The notes under the pieces were generated by a model. The model ran no database searches, was not told where the DNA came from, and was given only the letters and a program-made list of their open reading frames with translations. DNA of 64,000 bases from NCBI GenBank assembly GCA_047602425.1, contig JASGHG010000001.1, positions 3,392,001 to 3,456,000 on the forward strand, given 5' to 3'. Both the position numbers and the translations under genes were made by a program. Of the stretch, positions 47,783-57,833 are shown piece by piece (within the stretch, counting starts at the first letter, position 1; every line of letters starts with the position of its first letter). This stretch comes from Nibricoccus sp. (GTDB lineage Bacteria; Verrucomicrobiota; Verrucomicrobiia; Opitutales; Opitutaceae).

Positions 47783-48202
47783 GTTTCTCATTGTGAAGAA
47801 GAACGGCTGTTCAATCTTGCACGCAACAGGTCGACCGTTTTTCTGGCCCGGTTTCCAACGCCATTTTTTGAGGGCCTCGATCGAGGCGACGGCAAAGGAA
47901 GGGTGTGACGCTTCAATCACACGAATTTGGGTTATGATTCCTTCTTCGGTCACGATGGCCCCAAGTACGACCTTCCCTTCAATGCCGGCTTTTTTCAAAG
48001 CGAAGGCATACATGGGTTGCACGCGATTGCTTGGTATTGGTTGAGCGTCCAGGTCCTTGAGATTGTAAGCATCCCCTTGAAAAGACGGTGCAGTATCGGC
48101 TGTTTGGGGTTGGATTGAGGATTGGCTGGAAGGGGCTGAGCACCCGTTGAGAAGAATGAATGCAAAAACGATTGCCAGGGACAATTTGCGGAGAACTTTC
48201 AT
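47780..48202 (-). CDS. TonB C-terminal domain lipoprotein
   Basis: Lipobox LNGC; AGIEGKVVL...EALKKWRWKPG motif. Likely start MKVLRK at 48202. Confidence 0.85.
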   Translation of the reverse strand: MKVLRKLSLAIVFAFILLNGCSAPSSQSSIQPQTADTAPSFQGDAYNLKDLDAQPIPSNRVQPMYAFALKKAGIEGKVVLGAIVTEEGIITQIRVIEASHPSFAVASIEALKKWRWKPGQKNGRPVACKIEQPFFFTMRN

Positions 48203-48226
48203 TGAATCGGGGCTATGTGTAGGCAC

Positions 48227-50236
48227 TCACCAACCGTAGCTGCGTTTGATTTTCAACGTCTCGTAGAGGCTGGTGTCGATTTCGCGGAGGAAGCGGCTGG
48301 GTTCTAGCAGCATGCCGCCAGGGCCGGCGCGGGTGGCGACTCTTGGGTAGCAGAGGTAGAGTTCGTTACGGGCGCGGGTCACGGCGACGTAGAAAAGGCG
48401 GCGTTCTTCCTCGACGTCGCCGGCTTCGATGCTGCGGCGCCCGGGGAATTGTCCATCGGCGAGGCCAATCAAAAAGACGACGTCGTACTCCAGGCCTTTT
48501 GCCTGATGGACGGTGGTTAGTTTTACGGCTTCGGCGTCGGGGTCGACCTGGCGGTCGCTGGTTTCGCCATTGAGGAGCACGATCTGCGCGAGGAGATCCT
48601 GCATGTTGTCGTAGCGCTGGGCGAAGCCGACCATGGCTTTCAATTCGTCGAGCCGGTCGACGTAGTCGGCGAAGGCGCCGCGCAGGTAATCGCCATACCA
48701 ACCGTCTATCGCTATTTCGACGGCCTTGGCGGGCTTGTCGTTGCGCATGTAGTCGGCGACTTCGGCAAGCGAAGCACAGAAGGAGTCCCAGTCGTTCTTC
48801 GCGTCCTTCGGAACTTTTGATTTCACGTCGTCGGTCGCGAGGGCGTCGATGAAATCTTTTTTCATCAAACGCGCGTGATCGAGGGCGGCTTCGTAGATTT
48901 TGACCGCGCCCTTGTCGCCGATTTTAGGCAGGAGGATGGCGATGCGGCCCCACGAGGAAGCGCTGGACGGATTGTAGACGAACGTGATGAGTGCAACGAG
49001 GTCGCGGACGTGCTGGCGTTCGAAAAATTTCACGCCGCTGGTGATCGTGTAGGGAATGCCGTGCTTGGAGAGCGCGAGCTGGGTTTCGAGCGCGAGGAAG
49101 TGCGAGCGGTAAAGGATGGCGATTTCGTTGGGCGAAACGCCTTCGTCCTCGGTGAGCGAGCGGATGCGTTTGATGATGAACTCGGCCTGCTCGCGATCGT
49201 CCATCGCCTGCAGGACGTACGGCTTGTTCGAGTGGCCGCGGGCGGCGCGGAGCTCCTTGTCGAAATGGCGGCCCTTGGGCTGGGCATTCAGCACGCCGTT
49301 GGCCAGATTTAGGATCTGGGGAGTAGATCGGTAATTGGTCTCGATGCGATGGATGACGGTGCCCGGGTGGCGGTCCGGGAAGCTCATAATGTTCTCGAAG
49401 TTGGCGCCGCGCCACGAGTAGATGCACTGAGCGTCGTCGCCGACGGCCATGATGCGGTGATGGCTGCCGAGGCGGTCGACGATCTGGGCCTGAATGGTGT
49501 TGGTGTCCTGATACTCGTCGACGAGCACGTGGCGAAAACGGTGGGCGAAGTAGGTGGCGACCTCGGGCACCTTGGTGAGGAGATCGAGGAAAAGTTCGAG
49601 AAGGTCGTCGTAGTCGACGACATTTTGCTCCCGCTTGGCCTTGGCATAGGCGGCGGCGAAGGGCGAGAAAACGTGTTTTATCTCTTTGTACTGGGTAAAG
49701 TTTTTATCGACAGTATCGACGAGACTTTCCTGGGTGTTGCGCGCGAGGGAAATGACGCTGAAAAGCGGGCCGGGGCGGGGGTTGGTTTTGTCCTTGAAGA
49801 ACAGCTTGTCCTCCTTATCGACGACCTGTTTGAGCAACGATTCGGATTCGTCGGCGTCGAGGATGGTGAAATTGCGCGGGAGGTTGAGCGACTCGCCATA
49901 GATGCGAAGCGCACGGTGACCGATGGAGTGAAACGTGCCGCCCCAGAAACGTGCAGGCTCGATGCCGGTGAGGTCCTGCACGCGGTGGAGCATTTCCTTC
50001 GCGGCTTTGTTGGTGAAAGTGAGAAGCAGGATTTCGGAAGGCTTCACACCCTGCGAGAGCAGGTAAGCGACGCGATAAGTAAGCGTGCGGGTTTTGCCGG
50101 AGCCGGCGCCGGCGAGGACGAGAAGCGGACCGGGCTCGGCGGTGACGGCGGCGAATTGCTCATCGTTGAGCTGCGCGCGAAAATCGATCGGCGGGATGGC
50201 GTCGCGAACGGGAGCGTTGTCAATTTCGAAATCCAT
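48227..50236 (-). CDS. uvrD: UvrD/PcrA/Rep family ATP-dependent DNA helicase
   Basis: AGAGSGKT, TFTNKAA, DEYQD, VGDDAQ, NYRS, TVHQAKGLE and EERRLFYVAVTRA motifs. Confidence 0.9.
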   Translation of the reverse strand: MDFEIDNAPVRDAIPPIDFRAQLNDEQFAAVTAEPGPLLVLAGAGSGKTRTLTYRVAYLLSQGVKPSEILLLTFTNKAAKEMLHRVQDLTGIEPARFWGGTFHSIGHRALRIYGESLNLPRNFTILDADESESLLKQVVDKEDKLFFKDKTNPRPGPLFSVISLARNTQESLVDTVDKNFTQYKEIKHVFSPFAAAYAKAKREQNVVDYDDLLELFLDLLTKVPEVATYFAHRFRHVLVDEYQDTNTIQAQIVDRLGSHHRIMAVGDDAQCIYSWRGANFENIMSFPDRHPGTVIHRIETNYRSTPQILNLANGVLNAQPKGRHFDKELRAARGHSNKPYVLQAMDDREQAEFIIKRIRSLTEDEGVSPNEIAILYRSHFLALETQLALSKHGIPYTITSGVKFFERQHVRDLVALITFVYNPSSASSWGRIAILLPKIGDKGAVKIYEAALDHARLMKKDFIDALATDDVKSKVPKDAKNDWDSFCASLAEVADYMRNDKPAKAVEIAIDGWYGDYLRGAFADYVDRLDELKAMVGFAQRYDNMQDLLAQIVLLNGETSDRQVDPDAEAVKLTTVHQAKGLEYDVVFLIGLADGQFPGRRSIEAGDVEEERRLFYVAVTRARNELYLCYPRVATRAGPGGMLLEPSRFLREIDTSLYETLKIKRSYGW

Positions 50237-50280
50237 GAAGGCGGATTGGAAGCCTCACGGATTGGGGCGGCGGGGCAAAG

Positions 50281-50465
50281 CAGAATTTTCGGAGGAGTTA
50301 CACAGAGGGCACGAGAGGAGGCACGGAGGTCACTGAGGTTTTCGGAATAGAAGAGAGAGGGATGGGTCGAAATTTTACCCGCACTCTTTTCTACTCTTGC
50401 CTGTCTCCATGTATTTCTCCTTGGCCTTTGTGCCTCCTCTCGTGTTCTCTGTGTAACAAATTCTG
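50281..50465. repeat. Long palindromic repeat built from CACAGAG/CACGGAG units
   Basis: GTTACACAGAGGGCACGAGAGGAGGCAC (50297) is inverted at GTGCCTCCTCTCGTGTTCTCTGTGTAAC (ends 50457). Outer CAGAATTT/AAATTCTG pair and an inner hairpin are also present. Confidence 0.88.
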
Positions 50466-50474
50466 GAAGCGATT

Positions 50475-51356
50475 TTATTTCTCCACGACTAGGGCGAGGA
50501 CGGGAATGGTCAGGGAGCGATAGATTTCGGCGGCGGTTTCGAAAGGGATTGTGCCATGATAGTCGGAGGGAGAAAGGTCGGGAAAATAAAGGCGGGCGGC
50601 GAGGTCGCCGGCTTGACTGGGTTTTATCGTGATCGTGTACGTCTGTGTTCGGAGCTTGGAGTCGGAAATTGAAGGCGCCGGTGATTCTTTTGTTGGCGTA
50701 ATCGTGATGAGCGAGTCGGTTTTGGGCGCGATGTGGGGATCGCACTGGCTGGTGAGCGTGGGCAACGCGGCTGCGCCGACGAGGCGAGGGTCGTAGGTGA
50801 GAGTGATTTTGCGGGATTGGGTTTCGCCGGCTTTGACGGCGCCGAAATCGAGACTGGACGGGCTCACGGTGAGGCCGTGTTCGAGTTCGCAGCTCAAGCG
50901 GAGAGTGAAGATAGGGGCGTTGAAGCCGTCGGCGTAAAGGTAGACCGATTGCGCGATGTGCCCGGGAACTTGGCGGGCGAGATGAACGGTCATTTTAATT
51001 TTCATTTCCTGACCGGGCTCGAGGAGGAAAACGGGCTGCTCGACGAGCGACGTTTTGCGGCCGGCGATTTCGAGCAGATCAACGTGCGTGCAGTGGCAGG
51101 TGGTCTGCAGCTGTGTGAGAGTTGCGGGGGCGTTGCCTTCGTGGCGGACGGTGAAAACGTGTTCGATCTGCGGTGTATCCAGAAAATTGATGCGTCCAAA
51201 TTCGTAGTCGGCGAGATTTTGCGCGACCATGCGGAGACCGGGCTTGGGTAGGGCAACGAGTTTAGGCGGCGGTTGCAGCGGTGGGGCGGCTGGGAGGAGA
51301 AAAGGCTGAAAGACTGAAAGGCTGAAGAGCTGAAGGAGAAGACGGACGGGGCGCAT
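50475..51356 (-). CDS. DUF1573 (Ig-like) domain exported protein
   Basis: YEFG...HVFTVRHEGNAP...TTCHCT and LEPGQ motifs; second PSSLDFG repeat. Start MRPVRL at 51356. Confidence 0.75.
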   Translation of the reverse strand: MRPVRLLLQLFSLSVFQPFLLPAAPPLQPPPKLVALPKPGLRMVAQNLADYEFGRINFLDTPQIEHVFTVRHEGNAPATLTQLQTTCHCTHVDLLEIAGRKTSLVEQPVFLLEPGQEMKIKMTVHLARQVPGHIAQSVYLYADGFNAPIFTLRLSCELEHGLTVSPSSLDFGAVKAGETQSRKITLTYDPRLVGAAALPTLTSQCDPHIAPKTDSLITITPTKESPAPSISDSKLRTQTYTITIKPSQAGDLAARLYFPDLSPSDYHGTIPFETAAEIYRSLTIPVLALVVEK

Positions 51357-51447
51357 GGCGATAGGCGGAGGCCGGAGCTCGGATCTGGGGCAAGAGAGGC
51401 CGCCCGCGCGCGAGGGCACGGGCGGCTTGGAGGTGATTAAGGGTTCG

Positions 51448-52851
51448 TTACGGAGCGGAGACGTTCCACTTCTGGTGAGAACCGCCATTATAGGTGTAGA
51501 GCCCGAGTTGGACACCGACGGTATTGCTCGCGCTGGGGATTTCGATGACGCCGGCTTCATTGCCACTGGGATTCATCGTGGCGAAGACGTAGGTGCCGTT
51601 GCTCGCGCGATAGATTTTCCAACGCTGGCAGGAGCCGGCCCAGTCGGAATAGAGGTCGATTTTGGTACCGTTGGCATTGGAGCAATTGACCGCTTCGACG
51701 GAGAGACCGCCGAGGGAGCAGGTGAGTTTATACGATCCCCAACCGACGTGCGTAAACGTCCACTTTTGGCAGGAGAGACCGGCGTAAGTGCCTTGGGCGA
51801 CCGCCTGGCCGGACGCGCCGGTGCAGCCCCAGGCATCCCACGCGAGGCCGTTGCTGGAAGCCGTGACCTTGTAGGTGCCATTGGCGATCCAATTGGGTTG
51901 GAAGTTGGGCCAGCCATCGCTGTTCCAACCGATTTTTGAAATGCCGAGGCGGGGCCAGCCGTTGCTGTAGCTATCAATGTAGTGATATGTAACGTATTCT
52001 GCGCCACCATCGCTGAGATAGCCGAAGTGTCCCGGTCCGATCGCGGGAGCCGAGCCGGCGAGATAGGTACGATTGCCGGTGAAAGGTCCGGTCGGCGAGG
52101 TGGAGCGAGCGACGCTGATGTAGTACGTGCTGCTCGTGCCGCTGCAACAGGTGCCACGATTGTAGAAGAGATAGTAGTAACCATTTTTGTAGATCATCGC
52201 GGCACCCTCGGCGTCGTTGAAATTGGCGATGTTGGTTTTGGTCGAGTTGAGGAATTTGCCGGTGGAAGGATTCAGCTGGGAGACCCAGATACCGGTGAGG
52301 TGCGAGCCCCAAACCATCCAGAAATTGCCGCTGGCATCCTTGCAGATGCCGGGATCGATCGAGCCGTAGGTTGTATTATTATCTGAATACACGACCATGC
52401 CCAGGTCGGTCCAACTGGTGAGATTAGTGCTGGAGGCGACGCCGATGGCGCAGGGTTTCGCGCCGAGCGAGCAGGAATAGTAGCAATAATATTTGCCGCC
52501 CATGTAGACGATGTCAGGAGCCCAGAAGTAGCCGGCGAAGCCCGGAACATACGTCTGAATCCAACTCGGACCGCTGCCACTGCCGAAGACAGTGCTGGCA
52601 TTGGTCCAATTGACTAGATCGGTCGAAGTGCGATGGATGATGCCCTGGCCGTCGGCAAAGACATGGTAGGTGCTGCCGACTTTGATGATGTTCGAGGGAT
52701 CGAACATGCCGTCGGCACCTTCCATCGCGCGGAGGCTGGGTTGAGCGACGCCGAGCGCGAGCGCGACGAGAGCGAGGCAGAGACTTCGCAGAAGATGCGA
52801 AGACGTGAGCTGGCCAGGCGGCAGGAACTGCCGTGGATTCTCTTGTTTCAT
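51448..52851 (-). CDS. GH43 endo-arabinanase-like glycoside hydrolase with a C-terminal ricin-B (CBM13) domain
   Basis: DPS, FWAPD, IDP, EGA, GTCC and GPGH motifs; QxW repeats (CQKW, CQRW, HQKW); signal peptide. Confidence 0.9.
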   Translation of the reverse strand: MKQENPRQFLPPGQLTSSHLLRSLCLALVALALGVAQPSLRAMEGADGMFDPSNIIKVGSTYHVFADGQGIIHRTSTDLVNWTNASTVFGSGSGPSWIQTYVPGFAGYFWAPDIVYMGGKYYCYYSCSLGAKPCAIGVASSTNLTSWTDLGMVVYSDNNTTYGSIDPGICKDASGNFWMVWGSHLTGIWVSQLNPSTGKFLNSTKTNIANFNDAEGAAMIYKNGYYYLFYNRGTCCSGTSSTYYISVARSTSPTGPFTGNRTYLAGSAPAIGPGHFGYLSDGGAEYVTYHYIDSYSNGWPRLGISKIGWNSDGWPNFQPNWIANGTYKVTASSNGLAWDAWGCTGASGQAVAQGTYAGLSCQKWTFTHVGWGSYKLTCSLGGLSVEAVNCSNANGTKIDLYSDWAGSCQRWKIYRASNGTYVFATMNPSGNEAGVIEIPSASNTVGVQLGLYTYNGGSHQKWNVSAP

Positions 52852-52956
52852 GGGGGTATGTTTTGTTTTTTGTGGGACCCGATTCTTGCGAACAGGGCAG
52901 AAAGCAAAGGCTTGGCTAGGCACGAGAAATCGCTCCCAGCGGGGTCATTGGAGGGG

Positions 52957-52971
52957 TAGGGGCCATCCCTA
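52957..52971. promoter_or_regulatory. Possible operator upstream of the GH43 gene
   Basis: TAGGG-GCCAT-CCCTA palindrome about 105 nt upstream of the likely start. Confidence 0.3.
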
Positions 52972-53078
52972 TATGCGCCAGAGCGGGCGAAAACCCGTCA
53001 GCATCTCAAATAAATCCATTTGCTGGCACTGCGGCCACAGGCCGGAAAACGGAAATGCGACGAGGCCGACGCGGATCG

Positions 53079-55418
53079 CTATTTCTTCAACTCCTTCGCA
53101 GGAAGGGGGGAAACCGAGCCAGAGCTCTGGGTGAGGCACCGTTTGACGGTCAGTGCGAGGGTGGCCATTTCAAAAGGCTTGGGTAAAAAGCTGAAGTGCA
53201 GGCGGGACAGTGCCTCGGAATTCTGTAAATCCATGCTGTAGCCGCTCGTGATGAGCACTTTTAATGAGGATTTTTCCGCGAGAAGATTTTTGGCGAGATC
53301 GAGCCCGCTGGTATCGCCGGGCATGACCATGTCGGTGATGAGCAGGTCAATCCTGGCATTTTCGCTCCGCCACTTTTCCATCGCCTCGGCGGGATTGGAC
53401 GCATCGACGACTTGATAGCCCATGGAGCGGAGGCTGAGGGAGAGGGAGCGGCGGACAATTTGTTCGTCCTCCACCAGGAGAACGGTTTCGCGGCCGCTGA
53501 AAAGAGACGGGGTGGAATCTTTCCTGCTGGCAATCGTTTCGGCAGGTGTCGTCGTGGGCACGAAAATGGCAAAGGTGCTTCCCTGGCCAACGACACTTTC
53601 GACATCGATCCAGCCGCCATGCTGTTGGATAATTCCATACGCGGTGGAGAGCCCGAGCCCGCTGCCGCGTCCGATTTCCTTGGTGGTAAAAAATGGTTCG
53701 AAAATACGGGTGAGGATGTGCGGTGGCATGCCGCAGCCGGTGTCCTCGACTTTGAGACAGGCGTAGCGGCCGGGAGCCGCTTCCGGTCGGGCGGCGACGC
53801 CGCCAGGGGCGATTTCAATCTCCGAGGCGGTCAGGCTGAGCCGGCCGCCTTTCGGCATGGCGTCGCGGGCGTTGATGCAAAGGTTCACGACGACCTGTTC
53901 CATCATGCCGGCGTCGGCGTGGATCCAAAGTTGCGGTTGCTGGCTATTGAAGCTGAGTCGGACCTGTTCCCCAATGATACGCTCGATCATCGAGACCATC
54001 CGTGTGAGCACATCGACGAGATTGAACGTGGTGACCTGCAGGAATTGGCGGCGACCGAACATGAGAAGCTGCCGGGTAAGGTTGGCGGCGCGCTGCTCGT
54101 TGTTTTTTAGTTCTGTGAGCGTGTTGTGGACATCCTTTGGCAGGTTGGCGGCGTGCAGGAGCAGGTCGATGTAGAGGAGGTTGCCGGCGATGATGTTGTT
54201 GAAATCGTGGGCAACGCCGCCTGCGAGTTGGCCAATGGCCTCCATTTTTTGGGACTGGCGCAGCTGGTTTTCGAGTTGTCGGCGCTGGGTGATGTCGCGG
54301 GAAACGGCGAGGACGCACGGCTTTCCGTGGAGGGAGATGCGATGGATGCTGGTTTCGACGACGATGCGTTGCCCGCTTTTGGTGAGCTGTTCCATTTCCA
54401 CCATAAGCCGGGTTTTTTCCGGAATATGGGCGAGACTGGTGGCGACTTCAGGCAATTTGTCGGGAGGACAAAGATCGGCCAGCGTGAGTTGCATCAACTC
54501 GTTGCGAGTATAACCCAGGCGCGTGCAACCGACGTCATTGACCTCGATGAAACGGCCGGCGGAGCGATCGGCGTTGAGCGCGCAGACCATGATGGCGTCG
54601 TTGCTGAGATTAAAGAGCTGGCGGAAACGTTCTTCGCTATGCCGGCGCATTTCCAGCATGCGATTGAAGGACGCCGTCAGCGAACCGACCTCATCGGGAG
54701 CCTCGATGGGGAGGGGCGACGTTGTATCTGCCGAGTGTTTGTGGATCTCAGACAGCGCGTGGGTCAGGCGGTCGATCGGACGGAAGATGCGCCTGAGGAC
54801 GAGAATGCCGCCGACGGTGATGAGCGCGGCGCCCAGCAACAGGCCGGTAAGCGCGTAGCGTTGCAAGGCTTCAGCGCGGGCGGCGGCGTTTTTTTGCACA
54901 CGGCTATCGAGCTCGATTTCAAAAACGGTGAGTTCCTCCGCGAGAGCGCGCACGCTGGCGGTGAGAGCGCAGAATTCAGCGATCGCTTTGCGGTGATCGG
55001 CCGGAGTAAACGAACCTTTGGAGGAAAAATCCCGGTCATACGCAGCGAGGATTGCGTCGCCGGTTGGACGGATCTGGGACGCCTTGGCCGCGAGGCGGGC
55101 GAGAATCGTTTTGGCGTCTTCGTTGGCGACCGTGCGGTGGAGTACGTCGATTTGTTGCTGCAACGAAGCGCAACGGTCGGGGAATTTTTTGCGATCCTCG
55201 CTTCCGCCGAGCGTGAGGAAAAGCATCAAATGGCCTTCAGCGCGCTTCGAGAAGTTCACCGCTTCGGTGGAAGCGAGAATGATTTTCTGAAAATGCTGTT
55301 CGTTGTGGGTGAGCGAACGTGCGATCTGTCGCGAAACCTGCCACATGAACAAGCCCACGCCCAAGGCCAATATTGTCAGGCAAAGATAGGTTAGGGTGAT
55401 TTTACGGCGGATGTTCAC
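53079..55418 (-). CDS. Hybrid sensor histidine kinase (4-helix periplasmic sensor, HAMP, PAS, HisKA, HATPase, REC)
   Basis: Two TM segments, HAMP DEVGSL..SFNRM, PAS-PAC RDIT, AHDFNN, NARDAM, GSGLGL, and REC LLVEDE...TD...KPF. Confidence 0.93.
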   Translation of the reverse strand: MNIRRKITLTYLCLTILALGVGLFMWQVSRQIARSLTHNEQHFQKIILASTEAVNFSKRAEGHLMLFLTLGGSEDRKKFPDRCASLQQQIDVLHRTVANEDAKTILARLAAKASQIRPTGDAILAAYDRDFSSKGSFTPADHRKAIAEFCALTASVRALAEELTVFEIELDSRVQKNAAARAEALQRYALTGLLLGAALITVGGILVLRRIFRPIDRLTHALSEIHKHSADTTSPLPIEAPDEVGSLTASFNRMLEMRRHSEERFRQLFNLSNDAIMVCALNADRSAGRFIEVNDVGCTRLGYTRNELMQLTLADLCPPDKLPEVATSLAHIPEKTRLMVEMEQLTKSGQRIVVETSIHRISLHGKPCVLAVSRDITQRRQLENQLRQSQKMEAIGQLAGGVAHDFNNIIAGNLLYIDLLLHAANLPKDVHNTLTELKNNEQRAANLTRQLLMFGRRQFLQVTTFNLVDVLTRMVSMIERIIGEQVRLSFNSQQPQLWIHADAGMMEQVVVNLCINARDAMPKGGRLSLTASEIEIAPGGVAARPEAAPGRYACLKVEDTGCGMPPHILTRIFEPFFTTKEIGRGSGLGLSTAYGIIQQHGGWIDVESVVGQGSTFAIFVPTTTPAETIASRKDSTPSLFSGRETVLLVEDEQIVRRSLSLSLRSMGYQVVDASNPAEAMEKWRSENARIDLLITDMVMPGDTSGLDLAKNLLAEKSSLKVLITSGYSMDLQNSEALSRLHFSFLPKPFEMATLALTVKRCLTQSSGSVSPLPAKELKK

Positions 55419-55677
55419 TCCGGGATGGCTGGATGAAAAATTTTAATTTATCAGGAGAAGGGCTTTACCTCTTACATCGACCGCCCTTGCGACGGATTTA
55501 CCACTAGAGACAACTGGTTCGGAAAAGCGATCCCAAGCGCGAAAGGTTTTTACCTCAGGAACTAGGTTCAACTGCCCAGCTGGTTGTTTGTGAGCACACT
55601 GGTGGTTCATCAATTTCCTGTTAAACGGTTCCTCCGTTCACTTGACCTTTAGCGTACGGCCATGCAGTCACGCGGTC

Positions 55678-55920
55678 ATGCAAACTGAAATCGACGAACC
55701 CACTTTTCTGCGCGACCTAGTTAAAGCGTCCCGGCAAAAAATCCATCAAGTGAAATGGATCGACCGCGATGGCACCGAGCGCATTACACGGCTCAGCCTG
55801 CCAGAGCACACCCGCCTAAATGCGATTGCGCGGGAACGCGGTACCTCAATGAGCGAGGTGATGCGCCAGGCCGCACATATTCCGGTGGCTCAAAAAAACA
55901 CAGGTGGACCCCGCGCTTGA
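55678..55920 (+). CDS. Small protein with a ribbon-helix-helix-like C-terminus
   Basis: RITRLS...RLNAIARERGTSMSEVMRQA matches the CopG/RHH pattern. Confidence 0.65.
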   Translation: MQTEIDEPTFLRDLVKASRQKIHQVKWIDRDGTERITRLSLPEHTRLNAIARERGTSMSEVMRQAAHIPVAQKNTGGPRA

Positions 55921-55943
55921 CCGGATAGATGCGGGCGAGGTGG

Positions 55944-55970
55944 AGCGCATTGGCCTCAATGCGCTGGTTT
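55944..55970. terminator. Hairpin between convergent small genes
   Basis: AGCGCATTG-GCCT-CAATGCGCT perfect stem followed by GGTTT. Confidence 0.55.
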
Positions 55971-55993
55971 GGGTACGACGAAGTCTCGGAAAA

Positions 55994-56236
55994 TCAGACC
56001 TTGCCCTTGAGCAATTCCGCGAGCGCGGCTTCGTCGATCTCGCCTTTGACTTCGTGCAATTGATGCAGAATCGACATGCGGTCTTCGGGCCCGCTCGAAG
56101 AAATTTCGAGCATCCAATCTTCGGTTTTCGGGGCTGCGACAATCACTTCGTCGGCCCACGCAATGACCTCGGCCGCTTCGACAAAGCCGCCGGTGATGCC
56201 ACGGATAAAATATTCTGCCTTGGTGCGATGGTTCAT
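55994..56236 (-). CDS. Small acidic helical hypothetical protein
   Basis: 80 aa from ATG 56236; EVIAWAD...WMLEIS motif. Confidence 0.65.
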   Translation of the reverse strand: MNHRTKAEYFIRGITGGFVEAAEVIAWADEVIVAAPKTEDWMLEISSSGPEDRMSILHQLHEVKGEIDEAALAELLKGKV

Positions 56237-56322
56237 TGAACTACTCGGACCAGAAAGCGCTGCGAATGCCAAGCTGGGATAAAATAAAGTAAGGTTCCTG
56301 GTTCGAGGATGGGAGTTGGCGA

Positions 56323-57654
56323 TCAGGGTTTGGCCGCGCTTTCGAAAGCGCCGAGGTCGGGCGCCTTGCCGTTAAACGGCAGGCCGACGTCCACGCCTTG
56401 GTCAATGGCTGGGCTGCCAGTCGCGAGGTGCAAGAGCTTCATCACGGGCAAGTCGCCATTGGCTTGGCGTGGTTGGGTGAGTTCGGCTTCATCGAGCCCG
56501 GCGAAGTCGGCGGCTGCGAAGGTGACCGGAAGATCAAAGCTGTTGTGGCTGGCGTCGCACTGGGCTCTGTCGATGTTGCATAGTTCTATGCGACCGGCGA
56601 AACCGAGGTTGTTTTTCAAACGATGCCCGCGACCGTCGATTTCGGTTTTATTGTCCATCAGCCGGCCTTGCAGATTGAAGTTGCGGCTGTTTTTCCAGGC
56701 GGTGTTGTTGAGGAAGTCGACACCACCGGGATGGTGATTGGAGTAGAAGCCACTCGCCTTGTTGCGCACGGCAAGGCAACCGCGCACCACGTGCCGGGGA
56801 ATGCTGCGGGGCAGGCGCTCGGCGGGCGTACCGCCATAACCGCCGGCCTTGAACCCATTGCCATCGGCAAGACTTTTGAACTCCAGGCTGTAGCCATTGT
56901 AGAAAGCCCAGCAATTTTCGAAAACCACGGCTTCGGCGGTATTGATGCAATCGTAGCCATCGTCACTATTGAACCAAGCGCGACAACCACGGAAAATATT
57001 GTTTTTACTACCCGCTGGAACGTGACAGCCAAACCCGTCGCTGTTGCCACCTTTGCCGCCCTCGGAAGTGTAATCGTAGTTGCGATAGGCGTCGCAGTTC
57101 AGAACCAAATTGTCCGAACCTTTGCCGATCCAGAAGCCGATAGCCTGGCTGTCGTGCGCGCTTAGGCGTTCTAAAAGGTTGTGGTTGCCTTCATTTTGGA
57201 AACAGACGGACTGGGTATGACCCTTGATCGTGACTTGCACGCCTACGACTTCGAGACCCACGATCTGTAACCAAGAGCCCGTGGCATGAAACCCAATGAC
57301 GCGCATGTCCGCGGGTTTGACCTGGCTGAAATCAAAAACGGGCTGTTCTCCGGGGGATGCGGCGATGCGAATGGGGTTTTCCTTCGTGCCGCTTTTATCG
57401 AGCAGGATGACACTGGCCCAGATGCGATCGCGGCGGGCAATCTGCTGTTCGGCCATTTCATAATGGCCGCCGTGGACGAGGACGGTGTCGCCCGGTTTTA
57501 CCTCTTTGTTGGCGCGCTGGATCGAGGCAAAAGGTTTGTCGCTTGAACCTGGATCGGCATCGTTGCCCTGGGGTGCAACGTGGAACGTGGCCGCAATGGC
57601 GGCGGTTGTGCCTGTGATAAGGACGGCTATGCTTCGAGCGAAAGAAAGTCTCAT
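56323..57654 (-). CDS. Polysaccharide lyase family 9 (PelL-like, right-handed beta-helix)
   Basis: NCDAYRN, GNSDGFG, CRAWFNSDDGYD, DGNGFKAGG and APDLGAFE motifs; signal peptide. Confidence 0.9.
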   Translation of the reverse strand: MRLSFARSIAVLITGTTAAIAATFHVAPQGNDADPGSSDKPFASIQRANKEVKPGDTVLVHGGHYEMAEQQIARRDRIWASVILLDKSGTKENPIRIAASPGEQPVFDFSQVKPADMRVIGFHATGSWLQIVGLEVVGVQVTIKGHTQSVCFQNEGNHNLLERLSAHDSQAIGFWIGKGSDNLVLNCDAYRNYDYTSEGGKGGNSDGFGCHVPAGSKNNIFRGCRAWFNSDDGYDCINTAEAVVFENCWAFYNGYSLEFKSLADGNGFKAGGYGGTPAERLPRSIPRHVVRGCLAVRNKASGFYSNHHPGGVDFLNNTAWKNSRNFNLQGRLMDNKTEIDGRGHRLKNNLGFAGRIELCNIDRAQCDASHNSFDLPVTFAAADFAGLDEAELTQPRQANGDLPVMKLLHLATGSPAIDQGVDVGLPFNGKAPDLGAFESAAKP

Positions 57655-57706
57655 GAAAATGGTTAAATCGGCCAAAATAAGACGGAAGAAAGGCCGAATT
57701 TAACAC

Positions 57707-57833
57707 TAGAGCGGTTTGTTTTAAACTGTAGCCGTTGAATCAAACAATTCGATCTTGAATCATGTTCGGTGGGTAGGTGGGCCCCGCTGGCCCGCCGCGT
57801 TGGTTGCGGCGCGCCTTACCTTAAGACGGCTAC
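57707..57833. mobile_element. MITE-like element with a TAGAGC end and an internal GTAG-REP hairpin (copy 2, right end truncated)
   Basis: TAGAGC...AAACTGTAGCCGT at the same 19-nt offset as copy 1; core GGTAGGTGGGCCCCGCTGGCCCGCC; ACGGCTAC inverted end. Confidence 0.6.

Noticed and set aside
50237..50474. SOS (LexA) box upstream of the UvrD-family helicase
   Set aside because: TGTTC occurs only as part of the palindromic repeat arm, with no matching GAACA half-site at the expected spacing.
55944..55975. Possible attC start (ACCCAAACCAGCGC) after the small acidic gene
   Set aside because: No matching GTT core at a suitable distance or before the gene; better explained as a simple terminator hairpin.
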